Positions 25,434-39,399 of a DNA stretch of 64,000 nt are shown piece by piece. The DNA lies in NCBI GenBank assembly GCA_011109175.1, contig RDEW01000071.1, positions 9,632 to 73,631 of the forward strand. Reading direction: 5' to 3'. A model generated the notes under the pieces. It had not been told where the DNA came from and searched no databases. It saw nothing but the letters and a program-made list of their open reading frames with translations. Both the position numbers and the translations under genes were made by a program. The DNA comes from Dicyema japonicum. Taxonomy: Eukaryota; Animalia; Dicyemida. Each line of letters opens with the position of its first letter. Within the stretch, counting starts at the first letter, position 1.

Positions 25434-28400
25434 CTGCAATTGACGATGCTCTCACGTCCGAAGACCAAGAGGCCTGGCTAAAATTCCTCAGTTTCATTTC
25501 ACTGGCACTTGGAATTCATTTATCGTCTCAAAAGAAGATCAACGGAACATAGAAGAAAGTACGACACTTGGGAACTCCCTTTCCTCGAAAATGAAGAAGA
25601 TCAACCAAAACGGAAGTCCTGAAACCAAAGCACTCTGATGCCAATCCTCCGTTTTCTTTGAATAATCCGGACAAACAATGTGAGAGAGTAAATCGTAAAC
25701 TATTTGAAGGCGACGTCCGATTGGCGTTGTTGTCTGCGACGATACGTTATTGGCCGTAACCTTGAAGACCTTAAACTACTCAGACGAAAACATCCATGTC
25801 CCCCGGCAGATTACCGCTCATTCGTACTTCTGGGAAATGTGCCAAGTGCGAAACGCCGAGTAGCAGTGGAGTTCTCGATGGCTTACGGCCAGATCACATC
25901 ACGGATCTTGCTACGGAGGCTACTGCAGAAGCTGGCTGCAACCTTGTCAAATCAATTACAAAACTAGTTATGCGTATATTGAACGGAGACATTCTTCCTC
26001 ACGCATGGGAGATTTTTTTCAGTGCATATCTACTGGCCATTCTAAAAACCCGAAGGTGGGTCCGCCCTATCGCGGTCAGCAACTATTTCAGAAGAGTGAC
26101 ACAGAAAATCGCATGCAGCATTGTCTGTCTTATAATATCTAAATAATTTTCCCCCTCCAACTATGGGATTGGTGTAAGGAATGGATGCTAGTTGGCAGTG
26201 CATGCTGCGAGGTGTTTTTTTTAAAGAAAGACAAACAAAACCCACACATTGAGGTCAAGTTGGACATTTGTAATGCTTTCAATTCACTACGAGAGATCAA
26301 ATTTTCGAAACTACAAGCAAACGAGCCCCAGAACTTATTCCATTCGTCTACCTCGCTTAAGGACTGTATTCGGATTGGGATCGCACAGCACCTGGGAGTT
26401 GATGTATGAGTCGAAAATCAATGCGGTTGTGAGGGAATCGTCAATGCCAAAGGGTTGCATCGGCTTTCGTGCAAAAAAAGTACGGGCAGAGCACCCCGCC
26501 ATGCTGCTATGAATAACATTGTCATGCTTGCTCTTGAAATTGCAGGCTCCCCGGCAGTACTGGAGCCCGTGGGATTGGACCCCGGAGATGGCAAAAAACG
26601 GGATTGACTAACAATCTTTCTATTCACTGAGGGAAAATCGGTCGTATGGACTACAGTATTGTGGATTTTTTCTCGAACTTGATGGTACTCAGCGGCGCAT
26701 TCCGCTGAATGGCAGCCGATCTGGGGGGGAAAATCAAAATGGCGAAATTAGAGACCCCTTTCGTTTTTAAGGAAATCGGGGTGGGACATTGGCCCACTGT
26801 AGGAAAGACGTGCGGGAAGCGCTCTGGCTGAGGCAACGAATTGGGATTGATTTATCCACAGAAACGCTAACTCCGTAGTGTCAGCAGCCGTTCTTCTTCG
26901 TTAAATATTATTAATAACACATTCACGAAAGCCATAATATTTATAGTCCCTTATGTGCAGCAAAAAATCCAAGAGAAAGAGTTAGCTTACTAAAGGCTTT
27001 TATGTTCTTATCCAGATCCCTCAGTGTGTCAAGGTCATTAGTAGATGCTAGTGTTATTTTTTGCCTTTCAGATCGCCTTGTAAAACGACCAGGAGGTCTT
27101 CCATGAAAGCGATTTACATGGAGTAGTAATTATCCATGACAATATTTGCAATATTCGGATTTGATTTTTGCGGAGATAGATTCTGGTAAAGTACTGTCTG
27201 TTTATGATTGAGGGAGAATGCCATTGACGCATGTTGTATCTGAATCAGATATTGTTGCTCAGGACCTTTCCGGTGCTTTTTAAGCTGACATAAAGCTTTT
27301 TATCTTAATCGTTTTCAAACATCCATTGATCTTTTTTGGCTCAAATAAACTCCTAGTGAATCAAGTAATTGGACCTAAACCGTGCACTACTTACATTTGT
27401 TGTTTATCCATTTTTATTTAATCATTTAGATGGTTTGATCCATTTTTTATTTAATCACATTTGTTTGTATTTCTGAGTTTTTCAGTAATCCAATTCTTGA
27501 ATTAGACATTCTAGCAGTTTGACCTGTAATCCGTGTACTGAATGTAAAATAAAAAAGCTAGATCTGTTTGCAGAGGAAAACCGGTCGAGTTAGTTCAAGT
27601 AATATGCGAATACAAGTGCCACCCTACTGATTTTTGGATTCCTAAAGAGACATGCTTCAAAAAAAGAAATTACAAGATAAACTGTATTATTTATTTTTTT
27701 TTATTTATTTATTTTTTTTAACAATTAAGCAAATGTCAGTTGAGGAAGCCTGCTGCGTGGATTGCGAACGAGTTCCCTCGGAGTATGGCTATTCCGATCT
27801 TTTGTCTTAGCCATAACCCTTCTCGTTGATCCCTTTTCTTTCTGGCAAGCAATCCTCCGAGTTCTTGCAAGAATTCAGCCGTCATTGGACCAACGGCTCC
27901 CGATGATTCGGTCGCAACAGGAGTAAATCGGTAGCGATCCCCGAGGCAAGAATATTTATTGATTTTTAGGTTTTCCGCGGTCGAAGCAGCTGCTCCAGGT
28001 GTCTGAACAGATTTAAAAATGTTCGTGCTTGAGAACGTGTCTATGCAAGTTGCGTCCCAGACCAAAGATCTTCCAGACGTGAAGGGGAAAAGGGTCATCC
28101 CGTCAGGTCTCTTCCCATCTCCTCGATCAAGACCCACTGGTTCAAGCTGTGCTGGGCTCTGACGTCACATCATTCAGAGCGGCATGACGTGGTCCCCTTC
28201 CGACGCTTCTTCTGCAGGACAGCGGGTGCAATCCTTTCGCATCGACTGTTTTCCCGCATCGGCATCGGTGCTCCTGGCAAACGTCTAGTCCCAGCCTTTG
28301 TCCGATTCCAATCCTCAAAGAATCGTCTTCCAAAAAAGTCCCGAGGTTTGAGCAAGGTATTGCACCAAGCCATGCTCCACTCCCTCGACTTGAAGCTATT

Positions 28401-31385
28401 TATTTTTTAATGCTGTAAAAATCTTAGTGAATAATATTTAACCAATAAAAAGCAATTTGTAAATATAAAAGTAGTTTTCACAAAAAAGCAAATACTCTTC
28501 CTTTGTAAATCGTTACTTAATCGCCTTCAAAACCTTTTAAGTAGTTGGAAGAGTTATTAAATTAAATTAAAATTAATTCAAGAGACCACTGTTAAACCGA
28601 AAAATACTAAACTAACTGATCCCGATGAATTGGATCAAGGCTCTCATCTTTTCTCGGTGTTAATCCCTTGAGCCTACACAAGTTCCTTGCGGGCGAGCAC
28701 TTCTTTTTTGGCATTGGTGTCTATTTTTGTTTTTTCGATTAGTGTCTCCATGGGCGACTGTGATTTGATATTTTAACCTGTATGCCATCTCTCAGTTAGT
28801 TTGAAGGCCCTTTTCTGAGTTGCGGAGAATTTCTGGATGTTTGTATGAGAGGCCAGTGGTCCCCATGAAGTACACGTATATGAAATGCGTGGTTCGATGT
28901 ACTGTGAGTAGAGCGTTTTAAGTATAGGGTGATGTCCAATTCTCCATAGACCTGTTAGGAATTTCAGAAGGTTTATTTTCTTCTCATAGTTGTTCAGCAC
29001 GTTAGTGACGTGTCTCGAAAAGTTCATGTGCGAAAGTTAAACCATGTTTTTTGCCATTTGCTGAACGGCATTGCTCTTCCCTCTGCAATAACTTCTATTG
29101 TCCCGTTCGACAATCTTTTGTCCTAAGTATAAAGAGTTGTAACAGATTTTTATGTATTAATTGACATCCGATTTTCATTAAACCGCTCGAGTATTCGATC
29201 CATTTGTATTCTTTCTGTCGCTGATTAGGTGTTCTGATCAATTGGCCACACATTATTTAAAAAAATTATTTTTACAAACCTTTTTCAATAATTTTATTAA
29301 AAAATCAAAATTTCAAACTAAAAATTTTATTTAAAACCTTGGCGGTCGAAGGACTCACCAGCCACCTACAAAATCCTGGATAAACTCATTCTCAATCAGA
29401 TTATACCTTACTTCACAGACGTTTCCTTCCTTCGAACATGGATTTAATAAAGCTCGTTCCACAACTACCTACCTTACAAGGCCTGACAAAATTCATCAAC
29501 GCAAACCTCGGCCTCAAAAGACCATTATGTGTTCCATTGACATGCATAAGGCTTTTACTCAATACCGAGGAAACTGCTCACTAGGAAGATCTATGGCTCT
29601 AATATTCCTAACAGCCTGAAAATTTGGCTTGCTAACTTCCTCAAAGACGAAGAGGAAAAGTAATCTCCCATTCCACATCTTCAATCACTAAATTTCTACC
29701 GAACGGGGTCCCGCAAGGATCTCCCTCTCCTATTCTATTCAACCTATTTATGAGCGACATGCCTTCTTACAGCTGCGACAACACCCTATTCTCGATTACA
29801 CCGACGATTTAATCCTGTGAACAAGAGTCAGTGCATCCACACAGCGGGTACCCGCTTACAAGAATAACTGGATAACCTGAACTGTTGGCTTACGAGGAAC
29901 CAACTACACACAGGTTCTATAAAGTCGTGCTCTATAATCTTTACTTCCAATAGAAGATTGACTAACACGGCGCCTCCATTGACCCTAAATGGAATAACAA
30001 TCCCCTCCACAAATTTAACCAAAATACTGGGGGTCACATATGACCCAATAATGACCTTCAGCAAACATGTGAGCAGCATAAACTCTTCTTCCCAGCGAAA
30101 ATTAATTTTGTAAAAACACTACTTGGATACTACAAGAGATGGTTCCACAGATAAGTAGATCATCTCTACTACCAATACATACTTCCGTCAATCAGCTACT
30201 GCTGCGGCATAGGGTACTATCTAATCCCACACCAACCTGGACGACCTAAGAGAACTAGCAGGCAACAAAAGATAATTGTCGATTCTTACGAAAAGGATAA
30301 TTCGGAATACGGCACAAGGGAAACTTAACTTTATTTTTTATAGGGACGGCTAATAATAATAATTTTATTGTGGCAAACCCAAAGTCAAATAAAATATAAA
30401 TATCTATTACACCTCGGCATATTTACTTTTTGTATTCCTCTTAATATATTATTATATACTGTAATAAGTACAATATTTTCAAATTAAACGGGCGAGCATA
30501 TATAGCAACTTTATTTTTAAAATTTAGACATTATAAGCTGCTAATAATTTAATAAAACTGTTTTAGTGAGATTGAAATAATGTCAATATGCGGAATCAGA
30601 ATTCGTTTAAATTGATGAACTGATGACGTCTACCACTTAATATTCGAACATTATTTCAACTTCAAGACATGCATCCTTATAATTATTGCCAACATGAGTC
30701 AAGTATATTGGTTTTCCATTATTTTCATTTTATTGACTTTATTTCCGAGATTATTTGATTTTTAGTTATTTATGGAATTCCTTATTATTATCGGTTTTCG
30801 ATTGGAGAATATTGCCATGGTTTTTCTAGTATTGTAAACCTTTGGAGATTGAATGATGTTTTATTTGACTCTGAGACCCTTGAGAGCAGGCGAGTGAGGG
30901 ACAAATATTGGTTAGTCACAACGGACAATTCATGGGGAACTGATATTGGGAAGATCGACGAGTGTTGCTGGCGTAAAAGTGTTGCTGGCGTTTTATGATG
31001 TGATAACTCACTAATTGAATTGTCTATTACAAAATTGTGTTTGGATCCTGCTCAGAGGGAGATGAATTAGTGAGATGTTTGGTCTTTCTTGAAGACTAAT
31101 ATTATTGGGGGGAGGGGGGAAACTTCACATTTATGCCTATTTTAGTTTTCCACTGTGGAAGAAGCAAATGAAAAATGATCCTTATTCAAATAGACAAAAC
31201 TCTATTTGGTCTATTTTTGCTGAAATACATTGATAACATTTTATGTGGATATTGTTTGTTGTCTTTTGATGACAAATTGAAAGAGACTCATCTGATGATC
31301 TATCAAGTCGTCAGGAGATCAATAAAGGAATTCTCCTATATTTTCTTAGTGGAACCAATTCAGAAAGTGTCCATTCTACTGCGAA
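25434..31385 (+). repeat. Segmental duplicate of 1007-5823 joined to 14371-15750 (contains CRE+ 25434-26915, CRE- 27710-28400, LINE- 28565-29250, LINE+ 29350-30238, RTE 3' end, lectin fragment 31150-31385)
   Basis: Collinear, highly similar sequence with scattered substitutions and indels throughout; duplicated ORF pairs are visible in the ORF track (e.g. 1370/25796, 3786/28189). Confidence 0.95.
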
Positions 31386-32169
31386 CTGAAGACCACGTTT
31401 AATATTCCTTTATCACTGATTTTAATTATTAAACAACACAACAAGTTTGGAACATTCCGTTATATTCGCTGGTTAATCATCTCGGCTTCCAGTCAGTATT
31501 GGCTATTCTAGAAGATTCCATTTGTGATGTATTGGTAAACAGAATATTGTTTATTCGTAAATATTGTTTTTGTGAGCATATTTCCTACGTTGATTTTTCC
31601 TTATTTTAATTTTCGCGGAAATAACAATAATTGTAACCATGGCCTTCCGTTAATTACCAATTTCTTACTTGAAGAGGTTGGTGGTAAATAAATATACTTA
31701 TGGTGACCTTTCTGCTACTTATTTTACATTTACTTATGTTTTGGCAAAATATTTCACAATTTGAATCACTGAAACCTTTGAGCATAAAAATCTATTTTAT
31801 TGTCGATTCGATTGTGTTCACGAAATATTCACTCCAAAAACTAGTTTTGTTTTCAATATTATCCATTGTGTGGGAATCTTGAATTATTTTTGTTTTATTA
31901 TTCACGTGTCATCGACAATACACTAAATTACATATTCTTTGTCACTTGCAACTCGGAGACTTCCCGTGACCTGATATGGTTCCCTCAGCATATTTGGGGA
32001 GACAATTTATTATACTAATACAGTGTGACCTCCACTAATAATCACCTTACTAATTTTACTTTTTTGGCTTTTTTATTATAAAATATGCATTTGTCATAAA
32101 AAGTAATAAATATTGGCTCTCTTAGAATTAAACAACACTCGTAAAACCACAACAGCTATAGTTTTACAT

Positions 32170-32420
32170 GTGTGGAAATGGAAACTATCAAACTAAGTAG
32201 GTCAACCTTCCACTGTGTGTTCGGCCTCTCTAACCCGTCAAATGTTCCTCACGTTTCATTTTTCTTTGACGTACTTGAGATCGGCACCAAGTATTCCAGG
32301 AAGTGTTACTTGGGGGCGTTCATAGAAACTTAACCAACTCTCAACGAAGTACTCATCCATCCTTATATTAGCGAGGGTATCCATTTCCATCTCAACGAGG
32401 CCTCTATTTCAAATCAATGA
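32170..32420 (-). mobile_element. RTE-like LINE 3' fragment
   Basis: RMDEYF..ERPQVTLPGILGADLKYVKEK; similar to 61640-61860. Confidence 0.55.
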
Positions 32421-33381
32421 TCTCAAAACTCATGGGTTACATAATTGAAGACAGTGAGGACATTGTTTATTCCTTGGAATAAATAAGATTATTATTTTTA
32501 AACTAAATTCATTAATTAATTGATATTATCGCAATAAATTAAGGCATGTTAAAAGTAGAGGACAATTGAAATTCTATAGGTCCTGCCTGACCTAAAGGGC
32601 TACTCTTTAGCTGAGTCCCACCCCCTAATCCTTCGATTTTGTTTATTCCATTATATATAGTCACTATCAGTAATTCAATTTATTCAAGTTCTACTAAACG
32701 CAAAATAAGTGATAATACTGTCGGATTCTATTCAAGGATGGCTTGTCAAACTAAGAAGTATCGTAAATACTTAGAATCTTTATTTGGAATGTAAATAAAG
32801 AGATCAAAACATCTGTAACTCACGTTCATTAGTCCATCGACAACAAGAAGTTACTTATACTGTTGCCAAATATTTTATAATTAAAACTAGGTGTAGCAAA
32901 TCTCAATAAATATAAAAGTATTTGTTATATACCTGGTTATTAAACTAAGTATTAATCAAATTAAGGTAAGGAAGTGACGTACATCTATTGGAATAACTAT
33001 AATGTTAATTTCGTTATGGATGGCAGAGCCCTATGCCTTCTTTCTCGTAAAATTGAATAAAATAGAAACTCGGAAAAGATCAATATCATAAGTAATAAAC
33101 AAAGGAATTGATGAGAGAAACTATTAAAATTTAATTTATTTAACGTTTTCTAAAAAATCTATCTCTCAATGTGGACTTGGAAAAATAAAGATCACGAGCT
33201 TTTTTCGACCAGGGAATTGTTATGTCCATGAACAAGTGGATTATAATAATCATGACTTTTAAATAATTTAAATTTTATTTTTTCAGAAAATCAAAAAAAA
33301 AAAAAAGGTATTCGTTTAACTTTGATTTGAGATTTTATCAAACTAGAACTACTTATTGAATAATTCAAATTGAATAATTAG

Positions 33382-34513
33382 CAGTTTCAACCTGGGTACC
33401 GCGAAGTTCAAAATAATTTTTTATTCTTTTTTCAAAAGAATAATTTTTCGAAACGAATTAATTTAAATTCTTGTGACGGTGCATATCTTAAATTTCGATC
33501 GTATCGAGAAAGTTATATTGTCTTTGGTTTCATATAGACTGGGAACATGGATTGCCTTTTACCACTTTGTGTTGTTTGCGGTGAAGTGCTATGGTTCCAA
33601 GAATCGTAGACGTCATTTCGCCACCAAACACCCTGAACTTTCAAAGAAAAAAAATAATATTTTATGGAAAATGGACCAGAATAATTCAAGCATCCCATAA
33701 TACCAAAAATTCAAAAAAACCGAAAAAGCACTGCATGTTAGTTATGCTGTTGTCGCTAAAATATGAAATCACATACTCTCGCCTAAAACTGTTATTTTAC
33801 CTGCAAACAAAGAAGTAGTGAAGATAATGTTCGGAGAAATAGCTGCCGCTGTGCTTGAATTAATTCCTATTTCTAATAATTCTCTGAGCAGACGAATCAA
33901 GGATTTGTCTGATGATATTAAACCATTTTGGTTAATTATTTCCACCAATATCAGTTGAACTCTATGATAGGATGGGGAATCCTTTTGCTGAGTACGAAAC
34001 TACTGGAAACGAGCTGTCATTAAGAGGAAGAAGAAATTGCGTTTGATTCAAGTGACAGAACGTTAAAAATGGAATATTTACAGTTTTATATTGATTCTTG
34101 TTTAGCTGATCATCAAAAAATATCCTATTCTGCCAAACAAATCTTTAAGGGATTTGGTCCAGTTTTCAACGACTTATCTCTGTGAAAGTGGATGTTCTGC
34201 ATTAACAAATTTAAAGCATAAACACGCGCGAACCTACTGTATGTGGAAGAAGACCTGCGTTTATCCCTGTCAAGGCCAAATATTACAGATCTATGCAAAA
34301 GATATCAGCCTCAACAATCTCACAATTAGTATTTTATTTTTTATATTATCGAGGTTGCCAACACATTAGAAGAAATTGACATTGATTGACACATGATTTG
34401 TTGCGCAGTTGTGCGTTGCGCGCGCGACATATTGTTAAAAACTATATAAGGGTTCCGTATAAATTGAAAAATGTCGATAGGATTCTGTGCTCTCAAATAG
34501 GTAGGGACCACTG
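33382..34513 (+). mobile_element. hAT (Buster/Charlie; ZBED5/FAM200-like) DNA transposon remnant, internally deleted
   Basis: YRESYIVFGF..LCVVCGEVL..RRHFATKHP, ISNNSLSRRIKDLSDDI, FSTTYLCESGCSAL; right terminus GGGACCACTG at 34504-34513; degenerate left end CAGTTTCAACCTGGG. Confidence 0.85.
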
Positions 34514-34554
34514 GATTAAAGAATAACGGAATTAGTTAACTAATCATTAGTTTG

Positions 34555-35533
34555 TTAATTGTTTGGGGGAATTATGAAGGGTCGAGTCGTTGTGATATTC
34601 GGATTATTATCAAATCGTGTTTTTCCGACAAACATATTGACTATTGTTTGTTCATCTATACTCAAATATTATAGCAACCTGTCTCACATACTACATGTTG
34701 CAAAACAAAATATATCATAAACCCCAAATCCACTATTTCACCAAAGCAATACTCAATAATTTTAATGTCGTTTGAATTACCACGTCTGTCATCGACAAAT
34801 GAATCAGCCTCAATTATGTCTGAACAATTATTATAAAGTTACTATATATTAATTCTTTCTTCTGATCATCGTTAATCTCAACTACAGTAGCATGATATTG
34901 TCCACATGCAAGACCCAATTCCGTATAATTATGATATTTATTAGTGACAATGTATCCTCTCCCATTATGTATATAATAAGTGGTGTGGTTTTGCTGTGCA
35001 TACTTCGGTATAGATCTCCGATAATAAAGAGAAACATAATCATTAGTAGCATTAATAGGGTAATCTAAAATAATATAAATTGATACCAATTTCGCATACA
35101 AATACTAAATATTCTATACGGTATTGGAAAGTCATTTTTAATTGACAGGCCTTAACAGAAATGTAATAATAATCTGAGGCATACTCTCCAACTAAATTCG
35201 TGTAAGGCTAAAATTCATGATTTATAAAAACCATCCCTGTACCATTAATTAAATAAAATTCTCCTTGAAGGAACTTTCCTTGAATCCAAAAATCTTGACC
35301 TATTTTATCTATTAAAATAATAGAATCACTTACTTATCAAAGCTAAAAATTCATCAACATCATTAATGATAACTGGATAACCGTAGTGACAAGTTGGATC
35401 TGGAACTCTAGTCAGATGTGGATAAATCATATATCCATGATTTCCAATATTAAAAGAGTTGTAACATACTTAAATCATAAAGACAAATCTACTTTGTTAT
35501 AGTGGATAGCATCAAAATGAGTAAAATATTCAT
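34555..35533 (-). CDS. Secreted tandem C-type-lectin-like protein (~278 aa if one extra A at the end of exon 1 is removed). Introns 35469-35492, 35309-35333, 35208-35231, 35065-35086, 34820-34842, 34656-34678
   Basis: Hydrophobic N-terminus MNILLILMLSTIT; CTLD-like motifs FWIQG..NGTGMPYTN..FVCE and NGRGYIV..C..VVEINDDQKKELI..VVCE. Six GT-AG introns of 22-25 nt keep exons 2-7 in frame; exon 1 is out of phase by 1 nt (pseudogene or homopolymer error). Confidence 0.72.
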
Positions 35534-35759
35534 TTTTCGTTTATCATGAGATTTTTGGCTATATATAGAAAATAATCTAATAAAGAAAATCAATTGTAAT
35601 TAATTAACACTATGCAAGCTGAATTCTCTTATTTTTTGGGCATTGGTTTTTTGTATTACCCTCACTGTTCCCCTTGTATATCACTTTAGAAAGCAAATCA
35701 CTAGACAAGACAGCTGTTTCTTTTGCTTCCTCTTCGACGTCACCACCGAGTTAGAGATA

Positions 35760-37680
35760 AGATGATTAGTCATTCATATAACCGCATCATCATAGCTATT
35801 AACTTTCAGCCCATGTCTATGCTCGATTATTATGCTCTCTAAAGTTTTTTAATCGTCATTAATTGGATGTACGTTTAATATAATAATTATATAGCGAGAG
35901 TGCGTATTCATTTATCGCTTTAAACAAGTTTCAGCGTTTAATTTCGAATTCGCCAGCATCTCTATCTTTTTCTTCACATTTTCAGCAATATTTTCCATAA
36001 CTTTGCCTTTCATAACCTTACTCCCTTTATCTTCTAACACTCCAAGATAGCGATATCCCTCACAACCATCCAGATAACTTGTATCTTTGGCACATTTCAG
36101 ATTAGTTGCAGACTTTTCACAGTTTCTTTTAAAGCCAACAACACCCAGATATTCATCTATATCATCCATCATTTTAGATAGTATCTTCATATTCGGCAAT
36201 TATTTTCAGGTCGTCAATAAAAAGAAAATGGTTAGTCGCATATGTCACAATAGACGGATCACTCTGATCAATACATATCTTCGGGAATTTTATATTTAAT
36301 ATTCGGCTCAGTAGGTCCATTACCAGAGTAAACAGCTGGGGAGAGAGTGAGTCTCCTTGCAAGATTCCTCTCCCGAGTTTGATCTTTCCAATTTTTTTTT
36401 GTTAAGGTTCAAAATGACATTCCACTTGCTTATTAGATTCTTGATAAACCTCACAATCCATTCAGGAACTCAAGAGCTATCAAGAACCCGACACAAAAAT
36501 TCATGATTGACAGAATCGAAAGAAAGCCTGCTCTTTGCACCTTGGCACTGCCTTCTTGCTCCAAGCTGATTATCCGAGATAAGATTGAAACCTTCAATAT
36601 TATCCGTAAGTTTTGTATTAACACATTTTGTGACAAGTTTGTACAATATAGGCATGCACGTAAGTGAGAACGCAGTCTTCTTTTTTCGGAATGAGGTAGT
36701 AATCTCAGTATAGAACCATTCTTCCGGGCAATATTCACCACTCACTATCTTGATAATCTCTCCACTCAGATAACTATGAAGAGAATCAAATTTCTTGACA
36801 AAAAATCCATATACTCTAATACAGCCAGAGCTCTTTTCCAATTCGGCGTATAGTGAATAATGTTCTTAACAAACTCAACTTCATATCTAACGGTAACTCC
36901 TCTGCTCCTGTTATTCGCCTCCCAACAATATTTCTGTGAGAATAATTCTGATCCTTTTCCCATACATCTTTCCAAAATGACTCGCACTCATCTTCTGTAA
37001 CTTTACAATCACTATTATTGACGTCATCGTTGAGCCTCCTATAAAACCTCCTCTTGTTCAGCTCAAAACAAAAATTATCTCGTCTAAAGGATTTTCTTGA
37101 TTCATGAATTGAGATTTTTATCTCCATGATCTTGATTTTGTCTTCAATTATAGTAGAGATCCTTTTCAGTTTTCCCTTCTTTGATTTCTTGTATCCAAAC
37201 GAGCACAAAACATCAAACGTTTTCTCCCTTCTTCCTTGACTGCTTCCCAGTAAACCCATAAACTAACGCGCAATTTTCTTTAAATTTTGCAATTCTCTTC
37301 TCCACGTTTTCCCTCCAACAGCTTTTTACTGATTGCTTCTTTGGCAAATTGTCACATTCGCAATGTGCAGCATAAACAATGTCAGTTATCTCATTCATGT
37401 CTCCCGAATCTCCTTTTCGCAGAGTTGACAACCATCGAGATCCACTTGATCCTGTCACCTGATCGAATCTCAGTGATTAATGCTTTGAGGGACAGCAGAT
37501 GCAGGAACATTTCCCACAAGAGATCGTATGCTAGTACCATTGGCATCATGTAGTCCTGAAGACACACTTCTCACTTCTAATTGGTTTCTATCTTCAATAT
37601 TTTCTGTAAGACGGCCCTCAGGATTTGTTTGCAAACTGGTGAAAACAGACATACATACCACCACTAGAACAAAAACTTTT
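35760..37680 (-). mobile_element. R4/Dong-like non-LTR retrotransposon RT region, frameshifted; RLE not seen
   Basis: FELNKRRFYRRL, ESFWKDVW, TPNWK..G, LTCMPILYKLVT, NQLGARRQCQGAK, ILQGDSLSPQLF, FIDDLKI, YRYLGVLE. Confidence 0.9.
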
Positions 37681-38049
37681 AATTAGAATAAATAAAGTTA
37701 AATTTTTTAATTTTAAAAATTAAAAAATGTTCGCCCTAATGACAACATACGACTGACACAAGCGAAGTATTAGAAGTAAAGTTTAAAAACGAATAAACTG
37801 CTAGAATTACAAATTTTAAAGCCTCACTCTTGTGTGGATATTTTATGGAATCTTAAGAATATCTGCCTTCGCCACCCTCAGTCACAGCTACGGACTTTCT
37901 CAGTTCTCTAGCAATAAGCTATATCTCTTGCAATGTTCCTATTGAGAGATATGTGTCTCATAAATATAAGCCAATTCACGATTTAGTGTTTGGGGAAATA
38001 AATGTCTACGAAATGAACCATAAATTATACAACAAATCACAAGATCATT

Positions 38050-38930
38050 CCAGCAAGTAATATTAAACCCAACTGACTTTGACAGTTGCAAATCACATGG
38101 TGAGGAAAGTATTTCAACAAAACCATCCAGATGGCGATCTAACTATATCCGCAAGAGGACAGTTCAGTGTTCCAAAATCAAAAACAGTGCCGAAAAAGAG
38201 AGGAAAGCTACTGGATAAACCTCACCTAAGTTCTGAGTAAGCAAAAATGCTATCAAATATGTGGAACACTCTTCGTAATATCAAAAATCCATTAGAGTAA
38301 CGAACTGGAAGACAACAAGAAACTCAATAATTTAATCAACTTTTACACGCAAAATAGTTACCCCATAAAATACGGGTCTCCGCTGTCCTGGCTGAAGCCG
38401 TGATGTTGTCCCGATCTAATTACTTTCTCACTTACAAAAATTGAAGTCCAGCGGACCCGATAAAATATCAAAAGAAATTGGGTCCCCATGGTCTCATAGC
38501 TCTTACTCAGATATGTTGCTTTTTGAATCCCCACAATATAAATATTATCGCACATTCTTCATACTCTGAAGCCGAGGAAGCCAAAAATGTTCCTTTCTAT
38601 GCACATTGTTACGAAGTTCCTGGAGAAACTGGATTCGGTCATATCTTTTAGTGGAATCCTTCCAACATGATTTTAAGAGAGATTTATCGACAACTACTCA
38701 CCTATGAATTTTCAAAATTTATTTTGTAGGGTTTTGATTCAAAGTCTGTAGAGTTAGTCCCCAGATAAATTCTGACTTGGAAAACCTGGGTCGAAATCCC
38801 CGAAATATTGAAACGATGACTCGCTAATTTTCTAAGCGGGTAAAGTAACAAAGTCGTCGTTTTTTTCAAAATTCCTTCCCAATGACGTATCACAGGGATC
38901 CCCCTTCATGACATTCAGCACTCTTGTGTC
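38050..38930 (+). mobile_element. Highly decayed APE-RT LINE
   Basis: KSSGPDKI, QHDFKRDLSTT, IPEILKR*LANFL and SQGSP remnants. Confidence 0.5.
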
Positions 38931-39399
38931 TAATGTAATCATTGTGCCAACTTTGTGATGTTTACAAATTCAAAATGATCTCTGTAAACCCAGAACATGG
39001 TTTCCCCACTTGGGGAGCATAACTAGCTGAAGCAAACATCGAAAAATGGCATATGTTTTGTAGCTATCATGAGATGTATCTCATAAATCACATATAACAG
39101 TCACGATTTAATGAGTTGCTTAATAGCTGTTTTGCTATTTGAACGGAGACAGTTTTCACAGTCCCTGGAATCCAATGTTTTTTGGTAGCTTGATTTGTTA
39201 CTAATTGATACTAAAGTTTTAGTAGTTTCCAGTGGTAATATATTTTTACATTAGGCGTCTCCTGCGTCAGGACCCAATGAAGCCTTTATAAATTGAAGAG
39301 GAGAATGAAGAGAAAGGAAATCCTCTACCAAGTAGATGAGAGTGAAATACTATGTCAGTATAATCATATATAGATTTCTTAAAAAATAAAATTATTTCA

